A DNA stretch of 64,000 nt from Nitrospirota bacterium. GTDB lineage: Bacteria > Nitrospirota > UBA9217. The position numbers and the translations under genes are program-made. Each line of letters opens with the position of its first letter. The first letter of the stretch is position 1. Shown in pieces: positions 40,925-51,274 of this stretch. The stretch lies in NCBI GenBank assembly GCA_963754875.1, contig CAVWHO010000014.1, positions 1 through 64,000 of the forward strand, read 5' to 3'. Below the pieces are notes generated by a model. It was not told the origin of the DNA. It did no database searches and saw nothing but the letters and a program-made list of their open reading frames with translations.

Positions 40925-43900
40925 AGCGGGCTGGTGATGACGACTGCTTCAGCCGTGGATTCTACGGCTGAGGCAAGGCGAACCTGCTGTTCTTCTAGTG
41001 CTGCCAACCGGTAGAGAGCCTCCCCGATGATGAGTGCCATCCCCTCCAGGGACTCGACGGTCTTCAGGGGGAACATCCCCTCCCGTTCGTCGGCGAGATG
41101 GAGGGCGCCGAGCGTCTTGTCCCGGTAGCGGATGGGGACCACGACGATCGAGTTGAACCCCCTTTCGCTGACAGGTGCCCCTAAACCGCTTTTTTTGCGC
41201 ACTGGGAAGATTGTCCAGGAACGTCACGGCATTGTTGTAGAAGAGTGAACCCTGCGCCGTCATCGCACTGGCGTCTTCCGGGGCCAGTATTCCCGACACG
41301 ACCCGCGTGCACGCGCATTGGTCGACGGCAAGGGACAGCGTGCTCTCTGATTCTATGAAGGAGTTGTCGAATCCGGCGCAGGTCACAAAGGGAACGCGCT
41401 CATCCTGGTCCGTTACCCGTATGCCCACATTGCGACAGCCGCACCAGGAGCGAATGATCTCAGCGGCCTCATCCAGATAGTTCTTGCGGGAGTAGGTTCG
41501 CGTGTACAGCTGCAGCAGGCTGTTCGTGGCCGAGGTGCGGCGTTCGGCGTCTTTGAGTGCGGTGATGTCGCGGGCCGCGGCAAAGATGCCGATCATCTTT
41601 CCGGCATCGTCGCGATAGGCGGAGGCGTTGTACAGGACCGGCGTCACCCGGCCGGTGCGGTGGCGCATTTCGAGCGCATAATCCATGACCTTGCCCTCGC
41701 GGAACACCTGCTGATAGACGGCGCGTGCCTTGGCGGGCTCGGTGAAATATTCGGAGAAATCGGTGCCGATGAGCCGCTCCCCGCAGATGGCCGGTCGCCA
41801 TTTCGGCAGCGGCGTTCGCGTCGGTGATCTGTCCGTTGGGGCCGATGGTGACCAACGGGTCGAGGCTGGCCTCGATCAGGCTCCGGTTGTAGGCGAGGGA
41901 TTGCCGCAGTTCGTCCTCTGCGCGTTTGCGTGCGGTGACATTGATGAGGGTGAAGATGAGCCCGCTTACCCGGCCGTCGGCTTCCTTGACCGGCAACACG
42001 TTCCAGTCCCAGTAGGCAACCTCCAGCTCGGGCCGGGAGGTGAACATGAACGGCTTCTCATAGGCCAGGTAGGGCTCGCCCGTTTCCACGATCTTTCGGA
42101 ATAGCGCCTCGTACTCCTCATTGGGATAGAGGTTAAAATGGTTTTTCCCGACGTAAAAATCCGGCGCGCTGTAACCCGCCTCAGCATAGGCCCGGTTCAC
42201 GCGAATGAAGTTGAAATCCTGGTCTATGTATGCGACGAGCATATGGGTCGTGGAGAAAAACCGTTCAAGAAGTTCCGACGTCCTCTGCAGGGCATCGAAG
42301 TTTCTGCGCAAATCGTCCTCCATGCCGAACCGGAAGACCGCCTCGCCGATGATGTATGCCAGCTGCTCGAGGAACACGACGGTATTTTTTTGTAACATGC
42401 CGTCCCGTTCATCGGCAAGATGGATTGCGCCGATGGGTTTTTCACGGAAGCGTATGGGGATGACGGCGAGCGATTTGTAACCGTAACGCATGCAAACGCC
42501 CCGGTACCGCGCCCGTTCTTCATCAGTAAGATCATCGATGAACCTCGTCGTGTTGCCGGAGAAGAACGAACCGTTCGGCGTCATAGCGGCGAGGTCCGGA
42601 GGTTCCGGCGTCCCCGCAATGATCCGCGTACAGATACAATGGTCCTTCACGACGGATAGATTGTTTTCTTCATTCAGGAACGCGCTATCGTATCCTTTGC
42701 AGGACTCGAACGGGATCTGCTTGTCCGGGTTGGCAATCCGGATGCCCACATGGTGAATGCCGCTCCACTCGCGGATAAGCCCGCAAACAGCATCGAGGTA
42801 TTCCTTGCGCGAGTATTTCTGCGTAAAAAGCTTGAGCAGCGCATTGGTGACCTCTGTTCTCTTTTCAGACTCTTTCCGCAGCTTTTCATTAGACAGGGAG
42901 TCGACTGCATAGGAAACATCGTCGGCGAGGGAGGAGAGAAGTTCAATTTCCTCGTTCGTGAAGGTCCGGGGCTTATCACCGTACACGGTGAAGGCGCCGA
43001 TGACCTGGGAGCCGGAGCGGAGGGGGAAGGCCGCCGAGGTGCAAAAACCGCTGCACAGCGCCTTGTCGCGCCAGGGACGCATGAAGGGGTCGTGCTCGAT
43101 GTCGCTGCTGATCTGGTATTTCCCCTCGATAACGGCCCAACCCGTGGGCCCCCCGCCTTCCTGGACATCGGCCGCAACGATATTAATATTTCTCAGGTAT
43201 CCGCCATCGTCCCCGCAGCTTTCGGCGGGGACGATCCGTTTCGATACGGGGTCGGTCAGGCCGATCCAGGCCATTTTAAAGCCTCCGTCTTCGATGGCTA
43301 TGCGGCATACCTCTTGGTACAGTTTTTCGGTGTCATTGGTCCTGACGATCGCCTCGTTGACCTTGCTGAGGACGGAGTACAGCCGGTTCAGGCGGGAGAT
43401 GTCCTCTTCTGCCTTTTTGCGGGCCGTGATATCGTGGAAATAGACGGCGAGGCCGTCCTCGTTCGGGTGGGCGCGCACCTCGACCCAGACGCCGAGCATG
43501 GGCAAGATCGCCTCGAATTGGACGGGGACCCGTTCTTTCATGACTTTGCGGTACTGGGCATCGAAAATGGAGCCAACTGCTTTTGGCATGGTGTCCCACA
43601 GGTCAGTGCCGATCAAATCCCCCTTGTCTTTCCCCCATATCTCGGACGCTTTGGAGTTCACATAGGTGAACCGCCAGTCGTTGCCGATCGTGAAAAAACC
43701 TTCGTTGATAGTTTCGAGTGTCTCCACCAGACGTCGGCGCGATTGATCGAGCTGTTCTTCCGTCCGTTTGCGGTCACGCCGCGCCTCCGCCTCGCGCAGT
43801 TCCCGTTCCACGGCAGGGATGAGCCGCGCAAGGCTGCCCTTGATGATGTAATCGTGGGCGCCTGCCCTCATGGCTTCCACCGCGATGTCCTCGCCGATGT

Positions 43901-44159
43901 TGCCTGAGACGATGATGAACGGCAGGTCAAGTCCGCTGTTTTTAAGGAGCTCCAGGGCCGCAAAGCCGCTGAAATGCGGCATGAGATAGTCGGAAACAAC
44001 AATGTCCCACTGCTTTTGCGCCAGCGCGTCCTGCATGGTATCCGGCGTTTCGACGCGTTCGTACACAGGTTCGTAGCCGCCGCGTCGCAGCTCCCGGAGG
44101 AGCAGGAGGGAGTCGTCCTCTGAATCCTCGACGATCAATATGTGGAGAGGTTTGGACAT
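40925..44159 (-). CDS. REC-PAS-GAF-GAF-PAS-PAS-GAF multi-sensor protein; frameshifted and truncated at the start of a further PAS domain
   Basis: ILIVEDSEDD receiver and DIT.RK PAC motifs; ORF pieces 41469-44180, 40949-41707 and 40753-41202; no output domain. Confidence 0.85.
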
Positions 44160-44258
44160 GACAAAGCTCGATAAGTTCAACGTTCAGAGCAGAATGGGTT
44201 GAATGAGTTCCCGGTTTTATCGCGAACTAAGAACTGTGAACCTTGAACTATTTTCAGA

Positions 44259-44690
44259 TCACGGCGTTTCGTTCAATACCAGCCAGTACAGCCCCAGCTG
44301 GTTCACTGCTTCCGCGAACTGGTTGAAGTCCACCGGCTTTCTGACGTAGCTGTTCGCGCCCAGCTTGTAGCTTTCGACGCGGTCCTTGTCCTCGCTCGAC
44401 GTCGTAAGAACCACGACCGGGAGCAATTTAGTCCTCGCATCGCTTCGGATGCGCTGAAGCGCCTCCAGCCCGTCCATCCTGGGCATCTTGAGGTCCAGCA
44501 GGACCACCTGGGGCAGGATTTTTGTGTCCCGTCCTTCGTACTTACCGGTGCCGAAGAGGTAGTCCAGGGCCTCGACACCATCCTGGGCCACGACTACTTC
44601 GTTCATGATCTTGCTTTTTTTAAGCGCCCGCAGCGTAAGTTGCACGTCATCGGGATTGTCTTCGGCTAAAAGTATGACTTTGTTTTTCAT
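44259..44690 (-). CDS. Single-domain response regulator (Rcp1-like)
   Basis: LLAEDNPDD, LLDLKMP and GANSYVRKP. Confidence 0.95.
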   Translation of the reverse strand: MKNKVILLAEDNPDDVQLTLRALKKSKIMNEVVVAQDGVEALDYLFGTGKYEGRDTKILPQVVLLDLKMPRMDGLEALQRIRSDARTKLLPVVVLTTSSEDKDRVESYKLGANSYVRKPVDFNQFAEAVNQLGLYWLVLNETP

Positions 44691-44819
44691 TATATATTTT
44701 CCTCCCTGGAGTAACAGTTCCGAGTTGCGAATCCCAGTCTCTGGCTTTTCCCCTCAGATGTTATTCCGCACAAGCCGGAGTAACGAAAAAAAGGATATTA
44801 AGGGTTACACGAAGCCGTT

Positions 44820-47120
44820 TTATAACGTGAAATACACCGTCGTCCCTTTGTTCACTTCGCTTTCGATCCACACCTTTCCACCGTGGCGGCTGATAATGCG
44901 CCTGACCGTGGCCAGGCCGATCCCGGTGCCGGGAAATTCCTCAACCCTGTGCAGCCGCTGGAAGGGGCTGAACAGCTTGCCCGCATAGGCCATGTCGAAT
45001 CCGGCCCCGTTGTCCCGTACGAAGTACGTGCGGTTGCCGTCCTTCCGGGTAACGCCGAATTCTATCACACTCGGGGAGGCTTTTTCACTAAATTTCCACG
45101 CGTTCGATAGCAAGTTATCGAGGGCCACGATGAGGAGACGCTCATCGCCGTATACCGTGAGACTGTCTGCTATGATGAATTGCGCGTTCCGATCCGGATG
45201 GTTGTGGGTCAATCTTTCCGCAATGCTCTTCACAATGGCGCTCAGTTCGACACGTTCGCGGTTCATTTCGCTGCGAGTGACGCGGGACAACTTCAGAAGG
45301 TCGTCGATGAGTTGCCCCATCCGCACGGTTGCGTTCCGGACGCGGCCAAGGTAGCTCTTGCCCGTGTCGTCCAGCTTGTCGGCGTAATCTTCGAGAAGCG
45401 CAAGGCTGAAACCTTCGATGCTCCGGAGTGGCGTTCGCAGATCGTGCGACACGGAATAGGCGAAGGCCTCCAGCTCCTTGTTGGAATTCTCGAGTTCGGC
45501 TGTGCGTTCGACAACGCGCGCCTCCAGCTCCCTGTTCAGCTTCCTGATCTCTTCTTCCGCCTTCTTGCGCTCGGTGATGTCGCGCGTGACCTTCGAGAAA
45601 CCCTTCAGATTCCCGGCGTCGTCCTTTAATGCCGTAATTACCACATTGGCAAAAAATCGTGATCCGTCCTTTCGGACCCTGACACCCTCATCTTCAAAGC
45701 TCCCCTTGGCGGCTGCCTCGTTAAGTTCGCGGGCGGGTTTTCCGCTGAGGTTATCTTCCTCGGTGTAGAAGCACGAAAAATGCTTACCGATTATTTCTTC
45801 CGGTGCATAGCCCTTTATTCGTACCGCTCCCTCGTTCCAGTTGACTACATTCCCTTCTGCGTCGAGCATGACAATCGCGTAGTCTTGCACGCTCTTTACC
45901 ATGAGGCGGAACCGCGCCTCGCTTTCCCGCAGGCCTTCCTCCGCCTCTTTTCGCTCGGCAATCTCTTCGTTCAGCTCATCCCGTGACGCCGTCACCTTTT
46001 TTAAATTTTCCGTCATGGAATCGATGAGTCTCGAGAGTTGTCCCACTTCATCCTTTGCGACTGTCCCCACTTTGTAATCAAAATTGCCGCTGCCGATTAT
46101 TTCCGTTCCCCGCTGCAAGGATTGGATCGGTTTCGTGAGACTTCTGGCAATGGCCGCTGCCGCCAAAACGCCGGCAAGTATCATGAAGGCCCCTACAGCG
46201 ATGACGATCACTTTTAATCTCCGGACCGGCGCAAAGGCCTCCACGGCGTCGATCTTTGTCACCAGCCCCCACCGCAGGGACGGGATATATCGCCAGGCGG
46301 CCAGCACTTCCGTCTCCCCGTAATCAGAGGTAATGCCCGATCCAGTCTCTCCCAGGGCGGCCTTTTGCGCGGCCAGTGCAATCTTTGCGTTGAAGGACAC
46401 TGTCTTTTTTAATGCGGCCTCCGGATCATGGCGAAGGGGGCTTAAGAATAATACCTCGTTTCCTTCCTTCCGATCGATCAATGCCTCTCCGGTTTCGCCG
46501 AGACCGGTGCTGTCCTGGATGAACTTGTAGATGGGATCCATATCGATCTCGATCGCGACCTCTCCGATGAAATTACCGTTTAAATCTTTGATCGGGGCTA
46601 TGCCGAACATTTCGAAGGCGTTCCCCATCCCCTTGTTGAGAAAAACATCGGAAAAATAAATGTCCTTCTTGCCTTCTTCTACGACGTGCCTGTCCGGGAG
46701 CAGTTGGGTCATGTATTCCGCTCGATGCGCATCGTTACTGGCATAGACGATGCGGCCCTGTCGGTCTGTGAGCATGACGTCCAGGTACCCATGATCCGTC
46801 TGAAAAAATTTCAACTGGCCGTCCAATTCCTTCACAGCCTTAATATATTCCGAATCGTTGCCTTGCCGTAAATGGCTGATGAGTAGGGGGAGGTTGCGCT
46901 TGATGTTCAAAAAATATTGGGTTGCTTTAAGATCCCCGTTACGTTCATGGAAGAACGTCTCGATCTTGTCTTTCTTCAGGTCCGCGATATTGTTCAACTG
47001 GGAGAACCGGACGGCCTCTAACGTTTTGCCTGCCTGGGAAAAGACGATGGTGCCGAACAGCACGAGCGAGATGAGCGTGAATACGGCGAAGAGAATGGTC
47101 AGTTTTGTTTTAAGTGACAT
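44820..47120 (-). CDS. Cache-HAMP-PAS sensor histidine kinase
   Basis: Two TMs, [25 protein letters not shown] and GTGIGLA. Confidence 0.95.
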   Translation of the reverse strand: MSLKTKLTILFAVFTLISLVLFGTIVFSQAGKTLEAVRFSQLNNIADLKKDKIETFFHERNGDLKATQYFLNIKRNLPLLISHLRQGNDSEYIKAVKELDGQLKFFQTDHGYLDVMLTDRQGRIVYASNDAHRAEYMTQLLPDRHVVEEGKKDIYFSDVFLNKGMGNAFEMFGIAPIKDLNGNFIGEVAIEIDMDPIYKFIQDSTGLGETGEALIDRKEGNEVLFLSPLRHDPEAALKKTVSFNAKIALAAQKAALGETGSGITSDYGETEVLAAWRYIPSLRWGLVTKIDAVEAFAPVRRLKVIVIAVGAFMILAGVLAAAAIARSLTKPIQSLQRGTEIIGSGNFDYKVGTVAKDEVGQLSRLIDSMTENLKKVTASRDELNEEIAERKEAEEGLRESEARFRLMVKSVQDYAIVMLDAEGNVVNWNEGAVRIKGYAPEEIIGKHFSCFYTEEDNLSGKPARELNEAAAKGSFEDEGVRVRKDGSRFFANVVITALKDDAGNLKGFSKVTRDITERKKAEEEIRKLNRELEARVVERTAELENSNKELEAFAYSVSHDLRTPLRSIEGFSLALLEDYADKLDDTGKSYLGRVRNATVRMGQLIDDLLKLSRVTRSEMNRERVELSAIVKSIAERLTHNHPDRNAQFIIADSLTVYGDERLLIVALDNLLSNAWKFSEKASPSVIEFGVTRKDGNRTYFVRDNGAGFDMAYAGKLFSPFQRLHRVEEFPGTGIGLATVRRIISRHGGKVWIESEVNKGTTVYFTL

Positions 47121-47380
47121 AGTTCAGGAAATTTCCTATTACCCCTTGGTAATTGCCGTCTCGGCGTGGTCAGTGACCATGAGACTGCGCCATCCGTTGA
47201 CCTGTTCTCAAATAATTTTTGTCCCTGCAGACCGGTTGAGAAGAATGTGACCTTGAATCAAAAGGCATGTAACCATTTTACCCTCATGGCAACATCGGGT
47301 CAAGGCTCATGCCTGGGTAGTTGGAAAGGAGGAACAGAATGCTGATGAAGGGGTAACGCCTAAGTCGGGGCGATGGACCA

Positions 47381-48103
47381 TCAGGAAGGCTGGAACACAA
47401 GATCGAGCCTTAATTGAAATCCTAGCCGAAAAGCCTGCTTGATCTCTTCAAGCGGGATATTGCTGTTGAGTTCCTGTTGAATGCAGGTGATGCCGCACGA
47501 GGTTCCCCCTCCGGGAATGACCGCTGCTTCAAGAAGGGGATCGTAATCGATCAGGATCGATCCGTGTTGCAAAAAAGCGTGAGATAACCTGCGCTGGGCG
47601 CTGCCGACGATCTTTTTCCCGTTCACCACAATCTCGTACCATGAGGGAGAGGAAAAACAGGCGGGATCTTTTGCGTGTGTTTCCACGAGATGAGCGTGGC
47701 GGCTCGCCCGGGAAACGATTTCCGCGGAAATATCGAGGTTCCTGAGGCCCGCCAGGAGCCCTTCCGCGATGACTTTATACGTGCCGTGGATATTCGGCGG
47801 GAAAAGGGGATTGTCAATCCTGCTGATAACGCTGTAGGTGAGCTCATGGCGATGGAGTACGGCCCTGCCGCCCGTGATGCGCCTTACGATGTCGAAGCCG
47901 CGTTGCCCGCAGGCCTCGATGTTGACCGCCTCCCTGACCTTCTGAAACCTGCCGAGGGAAACGGCGGGAGGGTCCCAGCCGTAGAAACGGAGTACAGGGA
48001 TCTTTTCGCCCGCCTGCGCCTTCGCAAGGAGTTCTTCGTCAACTGCCATATTATATGCGCCGAGATGGGGTCCGGTGTCGAGAAAAGACCAGAGTTGGTT
48101 CAT
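47381..48103 (-). CDS. Lipoate-protein ligase / LipM-like octanoyltransferase
   Basis: NMAVDE, RRITGGRAVLH, CF, KIVGSAQ and LQHGSI. Confidence 0.9.
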   Translation of the reverse strand: MNQLWSFLDTGPHLGAYNMAVDEELLAKAQAGEKIPVLRFYGWDPPAVSLGRFQKVREAVNIEACGQRGFDIVRRITGGRAVLHRHELTYSVISRIDNPLFPPNIHGTYKVIAEGLLAGLRNLDISAEIVSRASRHAHLVETHAKDPACFSSPSWYEIVVNGKKIVGSAQRRLSHAFLQHGSILIDYDPLLEAAVIPGGGTSCGITCIQQELNSNIPLEEIKQAFRLGFQLRLDLVFQPS

Positions 48104-48131
48104 AGTAAAAAGTCGGGGCCTACGCCTTTGA

Positions 48132-48211
48132 CGTCATTCCGGCTTGTCCGGAATCTTTCCTTAATTTAATGCGTTATGTAGCAATACCATTCCCGACAAG
48201 CGGGAATGACG
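48132..48211. repeat. REP/RPE-like doublet hairpin
   Basis: CGTCATTCCGGCTTGTCCGGAAT...ATTCCCGACAAGCGGGAATGACG. Confidence 0.8.
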
Positions 48212-48233
48212 ACTTTTTACGAATGCATTATGT

Positions 48234-49148
48234 TTATTCGTATAAGGAAGGTTCATTATTGGGCCGGGTCTTGAACCTCCGGCAGGACCACATGTACTGG
48301 GCGGGCATTTCGCGGACCCATTTTTCTATTTCTTCATTCATGCGGCGGGCGTCGGCAACGGGGTCTTGGGTGGGGAACGCATCGAGGGGGGGGTGCAGCC
48401 GCACTTCATACCCCTGTCCTCCGGGCAGGATGCGGGTGATGCAGGGGATGACGACCGCGTTCGTGGTCTCCGCGATGCGGCTCAAGGCGGTCACCGTTGC
48501 CGCAGGAATGCCGAAGAAGGGGATAAACACACTCGAGCGCTCGCCCATGTCCTGGTCCGGCAGATAATAGAAGGGCCGTCCTTCCCGGATATGGCGAATG
48601 AGTGATTTCAAGCTGGCCAGGCGGTCCACGAGAATGGCGCCGAACCGGGTCCGTCTTTGGAAACAATATTCAAGGAGAGGGTCGCGGGCTTTGCGGTACA
48701 TGCTGACATAGTTCTGTTCCGCGGACAAGCGCACGCCCCCCATGTCCAGGCCGATGAAGTGCGGGGCGAGGAGGATGACGTTCTTGCCGCTCCCGTAGGC
48801 ATTGTCGATATTGTGCCGGTCACGAATGGTTATGAACCGCTCGACCCGCCAGCGGGGCGCAAACCAGGTGACGCCGAGGCTCAGCATGGAATAGCCGCAC
48901 ATGCGGAAGTGTTTGCTGACCAGCTTGCGGCGTTGTGCAGCGGTCATGTCCGGAAAGCACAATTCGACGTTTCTCTCGGCAATACGCCGGGCGGGAGAGG
49001 GGAACCACGAGAAGAACGAGCCCAGGCCGCTGCCCAGGACCCAGAGTACGCGGCCCGGCAGGCAGCATGCGACAAGCATGAGCGAGAGGACCGGCCATGC
49101 ATACCAGTACCGGGGATGGAGGAATGTTTTGAGGGAGACGGAAGTCAT
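48234..49148 (-). CDS. Lipid A late acyltransferase (LpxL/HtrB family)
   Basis: PHFIGLD, YLPDQD, PFFG and QYMW..RRFKTRP. Confidence 0.9.
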   Translation of the reverse strand: MTSVSLKTFLHPRYWYAWPVLSLMLVACCLPGRVLWVLGSGLGSFFSWFPSPARRIAERNVELCFPDMTAAQRRKLVSKHFRMCGYSMLSLGVTWFAPRWRVERFITIRDRHNIDNAYGSGKNVILLAPHFIGLDMGGVRLSAEQNYVSMYRKARDPLLEYCFQRRTRFGAILVDRLASLKSLIRHIREGRPFYYLPDQDMGERSSVFIPFFGIPAATVTALSRIAETTNAVVIPCITRILPGGQGYEVRLHPPLDAFPTQDPVADARRMNEEIEKWVREMPAQYMWSCRRFKTRPNNEPSLYE

Positions 49149-49274
49149 AATAAATTTTTTGCCTTCAAGGAACCGAGAGAGGGATCGAAACACAGGAGGC
49201 CATGCATAAATAGAGCCGAAGGTCTTTCCCCCGTTTCTCCGGCGCTCACCCGCGGGCCGCTTTTCATTTGAGAC

Positions 49275-49309
49275 AAAAAAGCCTGAGAATCAACTGATCC
49301 TCAGGCTCT
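49275..49309 (-). terminator. Intrinsic terminator ending the rhodanese-RND operon
   Basis: Minus strand: AGCCTGAG...CTCAGGC followed by T6. Confidence 0.75.
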
Positions 49310-49349
49310 TCGCTGTTTTTGTCCGCTCACGGCGGACCGTTTATGAGCC

Positions 49350-49544
49350 TCAACCGCCTCCCCAGGAATGGCCGCCGGTGCTGCAGACGGAGCCTTCACC
49401 GTACGACGAAAACTTGGACAGGAGTTTCTTGGCTTTTCTTTCGTTGCAGTAGGGACAGACTGTGTCTTCAGCCTTGGTGTTCATCGACTGCAGGAGCACG
49501 AAATCCTTCCCGCAGGCCTCACAGGTATATTCATAAAACGGCAT
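49350..49544 (-). CDS. FmdB-family zinc-ribbon protein
   Basis: MPFYEYTCEACG..CPYC; GGAGG RBS. Confidence 0.9.
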   Translation of the reverse strand: MPFYEYTCEACGKDFVLLQSMNTKAEDTVCPYCNERKAKKLLSKFSSYGEGSVCSTGGHSWGGG

Positions 49545-49577
49545 GCTTACAGTTCCTCCAAAATGATTGTGATGGGC

Positions 49578-49802
49578 CTAGCACTTACACCGCTCGCGGG
49601 CGCCTAACGTGTAAAGTATAATACTCATGGGGCAGAAACCTGTCAAGGCAAAAATCGTGAGCATGGCGCCCACGAAACCCGTGAAAAGGAACCAGTCCGG
49701 GTGAACGAAAAAACCCAGGAACGTGCTCCCCAGCACGAAGATGCCCGCGAAAAGTCTGATGAATCGTTCAAGATACCACGTTTTAGTGCTTGCAAGGTAC
49801 AT
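49578..49802 (-). CDS. DUF2892 (YgaP-like) membrane protein
   Basis: ERFIRLFAG..FVGAML..ALTGFCP. Confidence 0.88.
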   Translation of the reverse strand: MYLASTKTWYLERFIRLFAGIFVLGSTFLGFFVHPDWFLFTGFVGAMLTIFALTGFCPMSIILYTLGARERCKC

Positions 49803-49889
49803 ATACTCCCTCCGTTTAGAATTTAGGGTCAAGGGCCAAGTAGCAAGTAGTTCCATGACCCATGCCCCTTGGCTGCATGCACTGATGTG

Positions 49890-50318
49890 CTACTTGCAGG
49901 CAAACGGCGCCTTCCGGTCCTTTGCCGCGAATCGCGCATAGTGGGGGGACGTAAAGATGTCCATCAGCATGTGCCTGCTTATGACCCCCACGTATTTTTT
50001 GTCCTTCACGACCGTGACGACGGAGCAGCAGCTTTTCAGCAGCAGACTGATGAGTTCCTTCGGCGGCGTGTCGGCATCGGCGATGAGAGGAGCAGGCACC
50101 ATGATCGTCGACGCCGGGATGCGATCCAGGTCCTTTTCTTCCCGGATTGCGTCCAGGATAGTATTTTCTGAAACTACGCCCAGGAGTTCCCGGTCGTCAT
50201 TCACAACCGGCATTGCGGCAAGTCCCGATGAAATGATCTTCATCGCCACCTCCCGGGCCGTTGTGTCGGATCCGACACTGATTTTTTCCCGCATGATATG
50301 CCACGCACTGATCCCCAT
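49890..50318 (-). CDS. CBS-pair protein
   Basis: MPVVND..LLGVVSE; VGVISR. Confidence 0.85.
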   Translation of the reverse strand: MGISAWHIMREKISVGSDTTAREVAMKIISSGLAAMPVVNDDRELLGVVSENTILDAIREEKDLDRIPASTIMVPAPLIADADTPPKELISLLLKSCCSVVTVVKDKKYVGVISRHMLMDIFTSPHYARFAAKDRKAPFACK

Positions 50319-50435
50319 TTTTCCTCTCCTTTTTACGTGCGCCATGTTGATTTGAGAGTGCATAATCGTCTCTCTTCCAGCCGCACGACGAACGTGTTGT
50401 TCCGCAGTTCACACTCCGCAATCGCTATTGCATTT

Positions 50436-51176
50436 TTACCGTCTTTCCCACTGGTCCGTATCCGGATTGAATGCCTCGCTGAAGGCCGTGACTTCTTCCT
50501 TCAGCCCCGTTTCGTAGCCCTCGTTCAAACCGAAGTTCACGAGCATCTTGATCGAACGGAGCGAGCTCAAGCTGTTGCCGCCGATCTTGATAGCGAGGCG
50601 GTCCGCCTCTTCGTCGAGTTGGTCAATCGGGACAATTTTGTTTACCAGCCCTATCCTCAGCGCCTCTTCCGCATATACGGTCCGTCCGGTAAAGAGAAGC
50701 TCTTTTGCCCTGCCAATGCCCACGGTCTTATACAACCTTTGCGATGATCCAAAGATTGGAGGCACGCCGAACTGAGCTTCCGGGAACGAAAAAGCCGTAT
50801 CTGCCCCGGCGATCCTGATGTCCGCGGCGAGCGCCAAGCCCAGACCAGCGCCCGTTGTCTCGCCCTTGACCGCCGCGATCACGGGAACCGGGAGGCTCTC
50901 GATGTTTCTTAGAAGATGATAGCCGACGTCTGCAAAGTGACCGGCCTCGTCTTTCGACATTTTCCTGAATCCGGCGTAATCGATACCGGCCGAAAAGTTT
51001 TTTCCCTTCGCCGTTAGCAGGACCACCCGGAGCTCTACTTTAGATGATATCACATCGCTCACGGTTTTGTTCAACTGCGACAGCACGTCCTTGCTCAGAT
51101 AATTATCGGGCGGATTATCGATCGTTACCGTGCTGATCCAGTCCTTGCAATCGATGCTGATGCTTGAGTTTGACAT
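50436..51176 (-). CDS. Enoyl-CoA hydratase/isomerase family protein
   Basis: FSAGID, PVIAAVKG, FPEAQFG and AEEALRIGLVN. Confidence 0.9.
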   Translation of the reverse strand: MSNSSISIDCKDWISTVTIDNPPDNYLSKDVLSQLNKTVSDVISSKVELRVVLLTAKGKNFSAGIDYAGFRKMSKDEAGHFADVGYHLLRNIESLPVPVIAAVKGETTGAGLGLALAADIRIAGADTAFSFPEAQFGVPPIFGSSQRLYKTVGIGRAKELLFTGRTVYAEEALRIGLVNKIVPIDQLDEEADRLAIKIGGNSLSSLRSIKMLVNFGLNEGYETGLKEEVTAFSEAFNPDTDQWERR

Positions 51177-51202
51177 GATTGGCTCCTTGACTTTAAATCA
51201 TC

Positions 51203-51268
51203 GCCACGAAGACACGAAGGCTCGAAGAAATTCAAATCATCTTCTGAGTGTCTTTGTGCCTTTATGGC
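51203..51268. repeat. Imperfect hairpin built from 9-mer units
   Basis: GCCACGAAGACACGAAGGCTCGAAG...GTGTCTTTGTGCCTTTATGGC. Confidence 0.6.
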
Positions 51269-51274
51269 AATGGC

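Noticed and set aside
39033..48103. Functional clustering of gcvH with the lipoate ligase
   Set aside because: They lie on opposite sides of the probable chimeric junction.
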